A stretch of 64,000 bases of DNA from Paramecium tetraurelia. Lineage: Eukaryota. The notes under the pieces are model-generated. The model saw only the letters and a list, made by a program, of their open reading frames with translations. It was not told the origin of the DNA and did no database searches. The position numbers were made by a program, and so were the translations under genes. Below are positions 40,267 through 54,974 of this stretch, one piece after another. Where the stretch lies: the NCBI GenBank assembly GCA_000165425.1, contig CT867995.1, positions 209,173 to 273,172 on the forward strand, read 5' to 3'. Numbering within the stretch: position 1 is the first letter of the stretch; each line of letters starts with the position of its first letter.

Positions 40267-43200
40267 ATGAAATAGCTTTCACTTTTGATATTTGAATATT
40301 TGAAGACCAAGTTTCAGCATGTCGCCACAAAGCAAGTGAAATATAAGTATCATGTAACTAAGTCTTTGTATCACAGCTAGAAATGGAATAGGGAGAGTGT
40401 ATGAATATCATGAGCAATAAAGGAAACAAGGTTAAGAGCACTTACATTAATTTTTCAGTATTAAACCTGTTTTTCAAATAATTTGAACGGATCGGAGTAG
40501 TAATTTATTTTATTGTGATGATTCTCCATTTTTCTGTATTTGGAGCAACTAGTGAAGAACTTGTAGTGTATGTAGTGCCTCTAACAATGCATTTGGTGCT
40601 ATAAATATCCAAAGCTCTTTACTTTGATCATATCAAGAGAAAGGAGGACTTTGTTGTCAATGGTCGAAAGGTGACTCGTTTTCGTAGACTAAGAAGAGAC
40701 AAACCCAAATAATTGATCACTCAGTAGTAACAACAATAATAATCATCTTTCAAAAAGCCTAAGACATCGTTATATGAGAATTGTTCATGGGATTAAGTGG
40801 AATTGGGTGATATCATCTATTTAAAACGAAATGAAATTTGCCCGGCTGACATGTTGTTGTTGGATGTGTCAGATGAAATTCTTTAAGTATAAACTTAAAA
40901 TTTCAGAGGTCAAACTATGGATCAGACCAGGTAACCAACACAATTGACAATGTTAAAGAATGGGCGAAACAGATTGCAAGGGTTTGATTACAAGAAGCTA
41001 TTAACAGGTAGCATTCAGTACAACATTCAAGATGGTTAGATATTCGGATTTATTAAATTGAAAAAGGATCCCAAGGGGGAGCAATTCGAGAATAGAAATA
41101 TCATATTTAGAGAAGAGTAATTGAAGACATGCTAATATGTGATTGGAGTGGTATTGCAGACTGGCAATAATTGTTTTTGTTACTTGAACATGGAGAAGTA
41201 GGAAAAGAAATCGTTTTTTGTTAAGAAATCCAGTATGTTTTTTGCACTCACTCTTGGGATATCGTTGATCATATCAATTTTCAGTTGGTTTCTCGCTTCG
41301 TTTGCAGCATGTTTACCATACAATCAAGCTGATTTTGATATCATCACTCTAGTTTTCTATTTGCTTCAGTATTTGAAGACAACTCCAATATACTTTTACA
41401 ATTGCATTGATTTAATTGAAGTATTAAATGCACACCTCAAGTTTACAAAATACAAGGGATTCCAGAGTACCAGCATTGATTATATGCAATTAAATCCAGT
41501 ATCTGTTGGAGACATGGTAATGACAGAATATGTGTGTTTCGATAAGACAGGGACGATCACTACTGGAGAATGTAGGATTCATGCTCTGATAGTGGAAGAT
41601 ACAATGTATAAGTTCAGTTACAACAAAATGAATAAAAATTAATGGAATATCTTTAAGGAAAACATTCAAAACTAAATCAAACAGGATCCAAACTTTTAGA
41701 TGGAGGAGATTGACGAGTCAGATCCTGAGATTTAATCTAAAAAGATTAGACATACAGGAATATTCAAATTGACTATTCAACACAGGACTTCAAAGAAGAT
41801 ACCCAGTTATGAATCAGGGAGACAAGACTTGGCTAGTAGTAAAAGTATTGCAAATCCAATGGATGACGGAGATGGAGAATTTGAGAATATGAAATTGGAA
41901 GATTTTGATGACACTCATTACAGAATCACTCCTGAACTATGTACTAATAAACCAAAGCCATTCTTCAATAAGAAGGCCCTTGCTACTGCTCCTGTCTAAG
42001 TAGGTGCTAGTTAAGGGGGTTTGCACTAACTTCAAGAGGATGAAATGCTCATCAAGTAATCATCTTATAAGGATGAGCAAAGATCATTTGATAACAAATC
42101 GATAATGAGTAGGAAGATACTGGAGAATTCATCAAGAGATATGAAGAGATAACAGAGCATTAAAAAGTCTATGCAAATGGATAAGGTTGCTGAGGAGGAC
42201 TTGGAAGTGATCTTTTCAAGAGAGAATGATTTCTATAAGCATCTTATTCATGGATTGAATAAGTTATTGTATTAGGAAGCCATTTTGTCACTCCTTTTGT
42301 GTTAAGAGATTGTTTCCAGATACTCTCCAAGTGAAGATCATTTCATGCATGATTCAACACAATTTACATTTGATTAGGAACTCCTAAGATTTGTCAGTCT
42401 GTTGGACATTAAATTTTTATGTTGCAATGAATTCAATGGTAAAGTGGTCTATATAATCGATTTCTTTGGTGAAGTGTTGGAATTTCAGGTTATGGCCAAT
42501 TATCATAATGGCACACAGCAGGGAGTGTTAGTACTCTATCCTGATAAATTGCAAGAGAAGTTTCTATTGATTAATGAGAGTGATCCAATGGAAAGTTTAC
42601 AATACATATTTATTATGAGAGAAGAAACCAATTCATTGCCTGTCTACATTGATGTTGATAAAGGAAGCAGGGAATATTGGGATAAGGTATTCCAGAAATT
42701 ACACATGTGTGGAATGAGATCAGTAATCTATTCCAAAGTGTACTTAAAGGAGAAAGATGCAAGTCTGTTTATGTCTCGTTATCAAGGAGAAGAAGGAATG
42801 AATGCTTTTAATGAACTCTCCAAAGATATGCAGATAATCCAAGTTGTTGGTGTCAAGGAATAGATGCGAAAAGACACCAAACCTTTGATTAATCAAATGA
42901 AACAGGCTGATCTCAGTTTGTATCTTTTGAGTGGAGATGAAATCAGCAGAGTATTGCCAATCGCTTTCAAATCAAAAATAGTCAATCATCATGACACTCT
43001 GCTCTACTTAGACAACGAGAATGCTAGAGTGGTGATGAAGAACCATCTTACCATCATCTCACAATAACTTAAATTGGATGAACAGGCATCGTCCAAACCC
43101 TTGAGAATGAGCACTCTTGACAAGTATCATAAGACTTTCACTTAAGAGGAGAAGTATACAACCTATCCTGATATCAAATCGTTTAGCATTGTTTTGAGTG

Positions 43201-46200
43201 GTGAGTATTTCAATGACATCCTCTCTGACAGTTACCTATTGTCTCACTTTATGTTTCTGCTTTATTTTAGCAATTCTTTGGTGGCTTATAAACTTAATTA
43301 CAATCAGAAGGCTAAGATCATCAATATCATCTAGACTTCCTTTATTGGCAACAAACGAGTTTTGGCTGTTGGCGACTCATTTAATGATATTCACATGTTT
43401 TGTCAAGCCAATATTGGAGTGCAGTTTTGCCATTTCCCTATGTAGAATCAGTCTTATTAGAGGGGCAATACAAAATTAAAGTTAAACAGGAAAGTCACTT
43501 CTAATAAATTATTGGATAATCCCTTAAATCGTAAATTCTTATAAAATGAAATGTGGATCATACCCACTGCTGATGTTTGTTTGAAGGATTATGTTAATTT
43601 AAGTGCCTTAATGTTTTTTGAGAGCAGAATATTTGCTGAAGTCTATGATGATTTATTAGTTTTCTCGTTTTATAGATCATTACTTATAATTTATATATTA
43701 TTTCTCTATTATGCAACCTATTGTAGTTAGAACAACACTATATTTACAGGTACTTGGCTCACTGTATATTAAAGCATCCTCTTATTTATTCAACAATTGG
43801 TAAGTTTGAAATCGAAAATGCGAAGATAATATGATAAAGACTCAATTACCTACATAGAATAATTCAAGAACAACATTAAGATATTCAAAAAGAAGAAGGT
43901 CGCCTCCTTCATCCTCAAGATCAACGGAAATGCCTTATTGGATGCAGTCTTGCTCTACATTTCCCTAAGAATATTGGACGACATTCCCATAGACACTTTC
44001 AAGCAAATGCTCCTAATCTTGTTGATACTGAGCGATATCGTTAAGTTGATTGTCTCTACTAATTACAGCAAATATGCTTGGATTGCCTTTATTAGCACAT
44101 ACTGTCTATGCTGGCTCCTGATGGCAATTCTCACTGCATACTTCGACAATATGGATGGCTTTATACTCATGTTCACATTGCCACAAACTTGGTTGGCTCT
44201 ATTTTCCTATGTTTTTACACAATACTGTTTTAGTAGTATCATTGAGATGATTCAATCCCTCTTTTGTTAATCCCTCATTGATAAAGAGCAATACGAGGAG
44301 GTTTAGAATTTCATTGTGAAACCACCCAAAAACGGTGCCAAAAAGTATCATAATTTGATCAAAAGATTCGCATAACTGGCTGGAAAGGTGTTTAAAAAGA
44401 ATAAGGATGAGATGGATATTGCAATATAGGATGTGATATGCGAACTAAAGGTGAATTCTGATAGGATCAACAAACTGACCTTGAGATTTCTAAACAAGGA
44501 CACAGAGATGAAGTTCAAAAGGATGTCCAAATTGAGGTGGATCAAATTCGAGAAACTCAAATTAGGGTTATAACTCATTTTTTTGGAAGTCTTCGCTCTA
44601 ATCATATATATATTAACCTACAAAACTGATGTTTAAACCAGGACTTACTTCATTATATACATCCTAAGCATAAGTTGCCAATCCATATTACTAATAACAA
44701 TATTTTCAAGTATCTACTTGAAACATTTCTTTTAAATCAATTTAATTATAGCTTGCATTAGACTCCTAACCAAAATGGTGTCTGATTTTGCATAGGATGG
44801 AACCTACGACATCCTATTGAGTCAATCCTACATAGTGATCATAATCTTTTCGAAATTGCACATCCCATTGCTTAATTTTACCATAGCTACCTTGTCCATA
44901 GTAGGATTCTTTAGAAAATTCTTGGCTGGAAAGGATTACTACCAGATAATCAACGGCAATTTGATAGTGCTGATAACTCTAATCCTATTCATATCCTTGC
45001 AATACAAATTGAATATGCTGGAGAAGTAGGATTTCATGTTGACTGCAACACTCAATCAGGAGACCACACAAATGACCAATGTGCTGTCCATTCTATTGCC
45101 TAAGTTCATTCGAGATAGGATCAATGCAAGTAAGATATTAATATGATATTTTAAGAGGGGATGTATGAGATACAGGAGAATCAAGGAGAAGTCTCCATTC
45201 TATTCTGTGACATATGTGGATTTGATGATTTGATTGCAGTTGAGAAGGAGAACGTTGTTAATCTATTGGATAGTCTATTCAGAGGATTTGATGCTTTGTG
45301 TGTTTCTAATGGGATGCAAAAGATTGAGACTGTAGGAAAGACCTACATGGCAGCTGGAGGATTGAGAGCAGTGGATCAAGGCACAAAATTCATCAACCAA
45401 AGCGCTGTGAAAAGAGTAAATTCATTATCCTATATTCGAAGGCAGTTTAATTATCCCTTGAGATGATGGAATATTCCAAGAAATTCAAGTTTGGCTAGAC
45501 TGGCAATATTAGAATTAAAATTGGCATTCATTATGGCAGAGTGATTGCTGGAGTTATTGGACACCACAAGCCTCAGTTCTCATTAATTGGTGACACTGTT
45601 AACACAACAAGCAGAGTGTGTTCCACTGGCTAAGATGGAGAAGTCACCATTTCTAATGAAGCCTATATGGAATTGAACATGCCAGACTTATAGTTTAATT
45701 AGAGGAAAGTCAATGCTAAGGGTAAAGGAGAATTGATTACGTGGTAAATCATCACTCAGATTAAGAGAAATACTGATAAGAAAGAAAGGAAAAAGAAGGG
45801 ACTTATCCCCAAATTCGATTCAAGTTAATAAGATCAGTAAACAATGAATAGACTAGATCCTGTTACTCCTAAGACTGAACATCGTTAATTAAGAGTACCA
45901 TCACAATCAAGATAATTTGATATGCTGACGAGTAATTCCAGTCAGCGAATTGAAAAATAACTATCTTAAGAAAATAATTCAAATAGTCAAATATTGTTGA
46001 AGGATTCATTATAAAAGGATTTGGTTCCCATTCGAAAACGAGGACAACGAGGTCCTACTTTAATTATGAAACAACAAGATAATAGATCTGCTTTGGCTCT
46101 GCAATTACAACATTCAGGCAGTTAGAATGCGATCCAATAAACTAGTAATAGGAATCTTCCTCCGATTGTGGTTTATTAGGCTGAAGAAAGTGCCCATTCA

Positions 46201-47752
46201 AACAACAATTTCAGAGAAGAATCATTTCATGAAAAAAATCAAACAAACCTACTCCATGATCTATCTTAAAAGCTCAGAAGAGATTTATACATTGAAATGA
46301 TAGATGAGGCACCAGATTATGAAATTGAAATTGAGAAAATCTAATTTGATGAGGATGAGCAATTTGTTAGTGAAGCACTTTAGTTAGAGAAATCAAAATT
46401 CTACCTCGATTTTAAAGATAGCCAAAAGGAATTGGGTAAAGAATTTATGGATTAAAAAGAAGGCATTAACATAGTGTTAATACTGTTATTGCACTTTATT
46501 TAATATGTCTCCAAGACCTTTTCTCTACTTTTTATGTAAAATGAACCAAATTGGCTTGCTGTCTTTGTGATACGATTTATAGTCTCCACTCTTTTGTTAG
46601 TATTAGCAATACTACAAAACAAGAAATTAAAACATCGCTTTTACAAATACGAATATTTCTTGACTACTTATATTGCATTGTTGATCAGCATAATATTGGA
46701 ATTTATTATCCTAACTAAGAAATCAGTCGAATTGTAAGCAGCAGAAGGAATCCTACTAATATGCTTCTTCTCTTCAATACCAAACATCTCAATAAAATTC
46801 AAAATTTGCTTTAATTTTTGTTTTTTTGTAGCTCAATTGTTGATCGTCTTAATTAAATACGAAGATTTATCTGTAGCCTATTACACTGTGTTTTAAAGTT
46901 GCATGACCTTCATTATTTAATACCATTTATTCTTCTAGGATTTAGGTACATTTAATAACAAAAGATCCCTTGAAACAAAGAAATTGCAAACTTAAAATTT
47001 GGTCAAGTATCTACTACCATCTCATATACTGAAATAGTTCCTATCAAATACAAATTAAAGAATGGTGCTGGTTGATTAATTCGAAGATGCCACATTATTA
47101 TTCGCAGACATAGCTGGATTTACTGAATATTCCAGCAAAGTTGAACCTGAACAAGTCGTAAATATGCTTAGGAATCTATTCACTGAATTTGATAAGAAAT
47201 GTTTAACTTAGAATGCTTATAAATTGTACACAATTGGAGATTGTTATGTTGCCTTTGGTATCGTTGATGTAACCCAAAGAAACCCAGCTTAGGAAGCCAG
47301 AAATGTTGTTGAATTGGGATTCCAAATGATCGAAACTATTAGACAAGTGAGAGCCATCATAGGGTTTGATGGATTGGATATGAGAATTGGAATTCACACA
47401 GTAAATAATTGTTTAAATTCAATAGGGCTGTGTAATTGGAGGAATATTGGGTACTGAAATAGTGAGATATGATGTTTATGGAGCAGACGTAATGATTTCG
47501 AATAAGATGGAATCCAATGGAGAACGTGGCAAAGTCCAAGTGTCAGAGGAAACTAAACAATTACTTGAACAAAGTTTCCCTGATCAATTTCTATTTACTT
47601 TCAATAAAGAAGTTGAATTTAAATCGATTAATCGCAAAACTAAAGGTTACTTCATTGAACCAGTTAGAAATGATAGCAATGATGACTTTGAAGATGTTAA
47701 GAACCTATAATTAGTTAAAGAGATGGATTAATTAGATTACGATAGGAAATGA
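40267..47752 (+). CDS. Bifunctional P4-type-ATPase-like / guanylyl cyclase integral membrane protein (~2450 aa)
   Basis: CFDKTGTIT (41541), LSGD, AVGDSFND in the N-half; then two TM blocks each followed by a class III cyclase domain (ILFCDICGF..KIETVGKTYMAAGG..IGDTVNTTSRV; LFADIAGFT..YTIGDCY..RYDVYGADV). Confidence 0.95.
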
Positions 47753-47786
47753 GAAATTAATTAAATATTTATTCTATAATTAATTA

Positions 47787-48410
47787 TCAGTGCCAACAAT
47801 GTCTATCTCTACTCTATTTTGCTCTCATTAAAACTAGTTCCTCTCTACTCAATCCCCCATCAACAGCCACTTTATCAGTCTTATAACTCCACATTCCACT
47901 CTTTTAACGCATCTCAAGTGTTTATTTCTATTTTTGTATTTTTTTAGCCACTCCAGCGAACTTTTCCTCCAGTCTATCCTCTAAACTTTTCATTTCCTCA
48001 ACTGTCGGTTTCTTGCGAAATTGATATGGTTTGAACACTGGAATGTCTTAACCAAATGGTTCTCTTATTAATAGAGACTTTTGATTCAACATAGTCAAAA
48101 TCTCTCTAGATTCCATTTCCAATGTTTATTCATTAAGAACCACTAAGAAGTCTCCTGCTTCCAATTATTTTAAGAATTAAGTGTCCTAACCATGAACAGA
48201 GGTCCCTGATGTAAATATCATTCCCATTCCATCTTATAATGGTTTCTCGATCACCACTCTCTTCGCTGGTCCCTTCTCTTAAATCTTTTCCAAGAATAGT
48301 TATTCATCTTATGCCAGTTCCTCTCTTTCTACCTTGTTTCTTATCTTCAATTCATTTCTCTATTGTTTCTCCCCAAACTAACCTTTCAATTTTAACTTCC
48401 CTAAACTCAT
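47787..48410 (-). CDS. Conserved-looking hypothetical protein (207 aa)
   Basis: Intronless code-6 ORF; GMGMIFTSGTSVHGQDTQFLKQLEAGD and LSREELVLMRAKNSRDRHCW motifs. Confidence 0.75.
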
Positions 48411-48482
48411 TTTAATAATAATACCAAACAAATAGATTAAATCAAATTATATCAACTTATCATAAACATAAACAATATATTT

Positions 48483-49424
48483 TCAATAAATCTATAATGG
48501 TACTTTTGGCGCGTATTTTGGAGCATAAGTATCATATAACTCCTTCAATCCCTGGATATAAATTTGGTGATATTTATCCACATCTTCTTTTGATGGATTC
48601 TCAATCTTAGGCAATTCTATTCCTTTACCACAAACTGTTATCATCTCAATGTTAGGTTCCTATTTAACATAATACATTCTAATACAGGCACTGTGAAGAA
48701 TCTGCTCCAATAGATGGTCCCAATCAACTTAAATTTGTTAAGCCAAAGTCTCAAAGATTAAAACCCGTTGTAAGTATAAAACATATTATTTTCACCAAAC
48801 GTAAACACAGGGTAGATTGTAGTCCCGTATCTCAGTGCATACTTTATGAAGCCCTTTCTCTCCTTTATGTAAACCCTATTTTCTCCATATTTAGTGAGTG
48901 TGGCCTCCTCGAAACCTCCCACCATTATGCCTACATTCGATCCCTTCTTCAACAACTTAGTGAGATTCTCTGGATGCACTCCTTCCAATCCAAATAGTGT
49001 TAGGAGGAGTCCCGAAAATGGTATTGATAATGCGAATCGTGAACTCAATACAATTAAATTTTCAAAGAAGGTATTCTTCGTATACAAATTATGAACCATT
49101 CCCATACTGTATATGCCGTGTGGATGGAAGCAAAACTAAATTATTACCATCTTTTACCATTGAATTGTTTTTTTTGGGTTTCTCCATTTCCACTATTTCT
49201 CTCTTGTCAAACCATTCCATGATATTAAACCATAGTTAAAATTTTATGAAGGCTTCTGACTTTCCATACTTCAATTGCAAAATCATAGTCACAACAAATA
49301 GGGCAATATTCCAAGATTCTCTATAAGCAATCAATCTGTAAAACATGTAGCCTGCTAATCCCATAAATAAGATCCAGAATTAAAAGAAGAATGTGCCCAA
49401 AACTGCATTTAAAGGTTTAGCCAT
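48483..49424 (-). CDS. DGAT2: Diacylglycerol O-acyltransferase 2 (DAGAT family)
   Basis: FCFHPHG, VGGFEEA, RKGFIKYALRYG..IYPVFTFGEN, TVCGKGI. Confidence 0.92.
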
Positions 49425-49974
49425 AATTTAATAATTTATCACTTTGCGAAGAAAGAGTTTTCTTATTTTTAAAGTAAATTATTATTACGATTTCGATTAA
49501 ATAAAGACGTATTTATGAAATAATTATTATTAAAATTAAGATGAAAAAATTATTTTTAACATTTATATTACATAATATTTTAAATTTGTATATTATCGTT
49601 TGAATTCTTAGGTTTATTAATATATTCCTGTTACATTTAAATTTTCATATTAATGGGTTTTAATAAAAGAGATTAAATGGTATACATTATTAAGATGATT
49701 AACATCTAAGTAATTCCAGTTATCCCTTTAAATAAATTTCTTTAATGAATCTACCTTACACCAAGATATTTACTATATAATCAAGAGAATGTTGAAAGAA
49801 TGTTTAATGATATAAAAGAGATAAATAAGAATTGTATTTAAAATAATGTATATATGTTCAAATGAGTATAACTCTGATTTTATGTTTTACAACAGCATAA
49901 AAATGAGCATAATCAAATTATAATTGATGAATTAATAATTAATATTTATAATTTGCATAAAGCTATTTTGTATC

Positions 49975-52299
49975 TCATATTAACTTAAACATAATCGATT
50001 ATTTGTATGAGTATCCTTTGCTTGGATCGACGGATTGTAATTATATCAGTTTTGATTACCCAGGAGGAATTTCTACGACTACATCTCTGGAGATATCTAT
50101 GCCTACTCCTTTCAGGTTGGTGACTTCAAATGTAATGGTCTCTTAATATGTTCTGGATTCTTTATTTTCATAAAAGAAAGCAACTCCAGCAGGGAACTTA
50201 ACAAGATAAAAGAAAACTTGTATATTCTTTTTTATGTAAAATATTATACTTATCCTTACATGCTTCTTTAGACTTTTTAATCTGGCTTATGGAGAGCTTG
50301 TTGAATGATATCTTAATCAGTTTTGGCTTCGATCACTTGGGTTTAACATTTCAATGCGTATCCATAGGAACCTCCACCTTGTTTAGTAACTCTATATTTG
50401 ACCATGACAGTAGAAAGAGGCTTGCATTAGATTTGAACATCGGCAGGATTCGTATAAGGAGGACAAATTTCTAAGTTTTATATTTTATCCAAATGAAGAA
50501 GTTCCTGAAGAGTTTTTTTAGTTGTCTAATTTTGATACCAATAATAAAGATATCCACCAACGACTCCAGAAATTCTTCTAATTCCTGGTTCAATGTCTTT
50601 AACCTTTTCCTCATCAGTGTCTCTTTCATGTGCTCTTAGGAATCCATCGAAGATTGTACCTATAGCCAATTTTTCTTGACCAGATGGAAATTGCAATTCA
50701 GAAAATTAGACTGAATTTGATCCGTAACAAGAAATTGCTAAATATCGATCATAATTTTATGCCCAATCTACTTCAATATACAAGGCATAATATCCAGGTT
50801 CAAATGTCTTTTCAACAACAATATCCCTCTCATTATCAAAAGCACAACCTGAATAATGTAATACTTCTTTTGTATTCTTATCTAATTCACCAACTATCAA
50901 TCTGGCTAATGAATATTAATGACCTTTTTAGAAAAATCGTTTATCTGATTAGGTCAAAGAAATAAATGCGTGTGCTTTCTAATAAACTTTCATCAAGATC
51001 ACTTTTGTAGTAACTGTGTCCTATGCATTTACCTACAGTGTTGTGGCTGTATAGAAATAATCTGGTTTGAATTTGCACACGCAAACCTAACTAAATTCAG
51101 TTATGAAATCTTTAACACTCATCCAAAAGATTCCATCATCCTTTTATTATACTTATAATCTCTATCTTAATTCAGGTGTCCATTTTGCAGAATTATCACT
51201 CCAGTCTTTTGTCCATTCTTTTCTACCCCAAGGCTATTCAAATTTACACTAAATGTAATACATTTCTAATCTTAATGATTCTATCAGGTTGTCCATCACT
51301 TCCAGTAACCCTTTGCACATCCAAAATTGCATAGCAATGCTAAGATACTATACCACCTCCATTGTCTAATTCTACACCTTATTCATTAGTCTCCGAAGAT
51401 GCTGTCAATATGTATTTTTGTTTGTCATTTTTCTCCATGAAATCCCAACATAAATCAGCATCTTTTAAGGTTTCCCCTTTTCTGATAAAATATTCACTTG
51501 GGGCTCCAGTTAAATCCTTTAAGGCACAACTTGCTAATCCTGATTCAATTTTGTGATAAGACCCAAATAATTTAGCATAAGCTTTTTCCAACAGAAGCAC
51601 CCACAATTCATTTCCATTTGCTTTTGAAAATATTGGACCTCCTTAAAGATTACAAGGTATAGTGAATGCGTCCACAACTATTTCCTGTAAAATTCCATTC
51701 TTACACATATAAATACCATAAAGGCCTTAACAATTTAAATAATACTCTTACCACTTTATTAATACTCTTGATGTCTGAATAATTTCTAGATTTATTGGGG
51801 GATCTCAGCCAAAGCAGACAAGGAACTTAAAAAATAGCAATCTCCAAGTTCTCCTTACTTGATGTCCATTGGATCAATTGACTATTGATTTTGTATGGAT
51901 TAATACATCAAACAACTTGATTTAACCAGCCTGCAAAAACTGGTCTGGTCTCTTCCATGCGATGTCTTTTCCCTTCTTAAAATTGGGGTCCGATGAAAGG
52001 CTGCTTCGAACAGGTGGAAATTTGGAATCTTCAAATATTGCTTATGATTTGTTGCGCCTAAATATGATCCAAAATCAATACATTTCTTCAAGAGCCAAAT
52101 CATAATCTGTTTTAGTTTAATTGGCAACAGTATGCTAGGGCACAATTCGATCAGCAATAGTGTGTGTTTTATTTTGCACAACTTATGGTTGTTATTCAGG
52201 AACAATAGTTGTGTCGAAAACGAAAGGTTTATACTCTGTTTCAGGAGCATGATCATGAGCAGGAACTTAGATCTATTTAGTGCTTGTACAAATTCCCAT
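49975..52299 (-). CDS. Calpain family cysteine protease
   Basis: QGELGDCYFLSSL (Cys), ELWVLLLEKAYAKLFGSY, HCYAIL (His), RNPWG (Asn); N-terminus MGICTS. Confidence 0.93.
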
Positions 52300-52494
52300 A
52301 CGATAAAAATATTATTATTTATTTGTTATCCAAAAAAAAGATATTTATAACTGTCAAATTCTTTTGTAATTATTTATTTTTTGTTTTCATACCTTTATAT
52401 AAACGTAGATAATTTATATTAATTTCACATAAATAAGAAATAACAACCTTATGCAAGGATGTTTTAATTAATAATTAAAAAATAATTTATATTT

Positions 52495-52923
52495 ATGAAC
52501 AAAATTCGAACAATCTCAAGAAATATCGCAACAATGATATCAAAGTCATCATTGAACCAAGTTAAAAGAACCTAGATTTTTAAGAACCTCACAAAAAACT
52601 AAGACTTTATAGCATCTGGTGAAGTTAAACTTTTTCAGTAATAATGTGTTTAAGAGAAAATAACAAGTCCAATTGCAGATTTATAAAATATACAATATAA
52701 ACTATTTAAGCAATCCATCAGACATGGTTTATCAGAGTTAGTTAGAATCGATAGAAGTTAACCAAGGACTCACAAGAATATCAATTATGCTGGTGATTAC
52801 GAATCCAAATTCGTGCATTCTCATTTCATACATGCATTATACTTGAATAGAATTGGAGCTAATGATTACTACTTTACAGTAGATGATTTGAAAACAACTC
52901 AAAGTGAATACCACAGAACTTGA
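52495..52923 (+). CDS. Hypothetical protein (142 aa), mitochondrial-presequence-like N-terminus
   Basis: Intronless code-6 ORF MNKIRTISRNIATMISKSSLNQVKRT...SEYHRT-TGA. Confidence 0.65.
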
Positions 52924-52962
52924 ATTTGTAATGATGTAACTTAAAACATTTATATACATCAT

Positions 52963-54426
52963 TCATACATCTGCTCCACAAAACATTAATAAGAGATCGC
53001 TGTCTTCTTTATTGTCTAATATCGCCTTTTTTATCTCTTCAAAGGGAATTTCATCTGTGATATCTTTATCGACAATTTAAAAGATTAGCCTCGTATAATA
53101 TTCACATAAAATGTCCAAGAACTCGCCCTTATCTTGTACATAATGAGATAGGCATAATTTGGCTAATTTAAAAATTTCATCGTGAGAAAGTCTACCATTT
53201 CCATCACTATCAGAAATTGAAATGAAGAGATCTATTTTTTCAACGACAGTTTTTGCTTTAATGCTCATCATGAGTCTTAGGAATTCTTCCCAATTAAGGA
53301 ATCCACTATAATTGTAATCTATGCGATTAAATATCTATTGAGCCAAAAATTCATTTTGAAAGAATATCTAAAATATTCCTCTTCTGTAAGTTTAATAATC
53401 GACTCCGTCATTGATATTATAATAATTGTATCTCTACGATGTAATTTACTATAAAGCACAATAGAGAACATAAGTATTGTGTAATTCATATCGAGAAAAA
53501 TTTGATGATGATAATAATTTCGGGATATTTTGAATAAATAATTCTCGATTGATTTTTAATAATTATTGCAAGCTAAATTTGTTGCTTATTCTCCTTTTAA
53601 TATTCTTATGTACAAAATTTTATTGTGTTTTTGTTTATTTTTTTTATTCCATATTATTTAATTGAAATTATTCTTCAACAACTTCCTCCTTCTTTTGAGG
53701 TTGATTCAAGAATTTATTTAATAAGGGTTCTAATAAACAGGCGGCTTGTTTGATTTTCAATCTCATCTCATCATTTTCATTATCGAATTGAATTTAATTG
53801 ATATCATCAGGTTGATTTTAATTGAAATCTATCTTTTTCAATTCTTATTCATACAGTTACAACATGTCATCGAATAATTCCATTTTCTTCTATTCCTAAG
53901 TTTCAGTTTTATCTATTTAAGTGTGAGTCACAGTTTTTTGTTAGGTTAGGTTATTGTCTATGTTAAGTTGAGTTGGCTTTATTAATTTTTCTAGAGAATT
54001 CTTTAAACTTGATTTTCTAAATGAAAGATTTTTTAACTGTGATTTCAATTCTTTGGAATTGTATTGAGCATCCTATCCATCATTTAGAGTCCTTATGATA
54101 TCCTCTACTTATGAATTACTGTTCTTATACTACTTTTTTTTAATTTAGAGGAAGTTATAAGATTTGCATTACGATTCTAAAAGATCTAATTGTGGGTTCT
54201 CATAAGGTTTATATACAGAGTTCTGACTATAAATTAAAGTCTTGTGAATTGGGGGAATGTCTAAGTGAGAGTTAATGGGAGTTCCATCTTTTAAATAAAA
54301 ATATAATCTTTTGCTATTAATCTTTTGCACATTCCTTAAGCACTTGACAAAATCATCAAATCTTTCTTTAGGTTATGTCAAATCCGGAACATACATAAAT
54401 TAATAGAGGAATCGTTCATCCTCCAT
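52963..54426 (-). CDS. EF-hand protein (recoverin/calcineurin-B-like C-terminal domain)
   Basis: IFNRIDYNYSGFLNWEEF and DSDGNGRLSHDEI EF-hands after a long N-terminal region; 488 codons. Confidence 0.85.
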
Positions 54427-54446
54427 AAATAATTAATTACAAATTA

Positions 54447-54944
54447 TCATTTATCTTAATCTCTTGATATTTTATAATAAATTTACCCTGGCGATTACAT
54501 AAAAAACTCACTATCAGAGGATTCGGCCATTCTTCTATTAATTTTGGCTGTAGACAGGATGCTTCTACCATACATACTTGCAACCATTCTGAATTTAGGC
54601 AATTCTATGAGTGAATTCTTATGGTCTGAATTTGAGAAATCAATTCTCTATTTGTATTTCTATTCTTAAAATTTTGTATTGGCCGTAATGAAAGGCTCCT
54701 CTCTTTGTCTTGTTAAATACAGCGAACTGGGTGTTTCTTAAATGGAAGGCTCAGTAGTTCTGAAAAATAATTTCTGAACTGAAATTTCATCTGATTGCTA
54801 GGTTTATTTTCTGTATTGTTGATATGAAGATCTTTAATTTTAAAAGAGCAAATCCGAAGTGGTTTTGGTTTGTGGCATGGATAATTCAACTTATGATTTG
54901 ACCATTTTCCTGACAAGTGGTTATTATTAAAAAGAGGCTAACAT
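54447..54944 (-). CDS. Hypothetical protein (165 aa)
   Basis: Intronless code-6 ORF MLASFQQQPLVRKMVKSQ...SRDQDK-TGA filling the space between neighbours. Confidence 0.65.
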
Positions 54945-54974
54945 TTATATAATTTATAACTTATAAAATATTTA

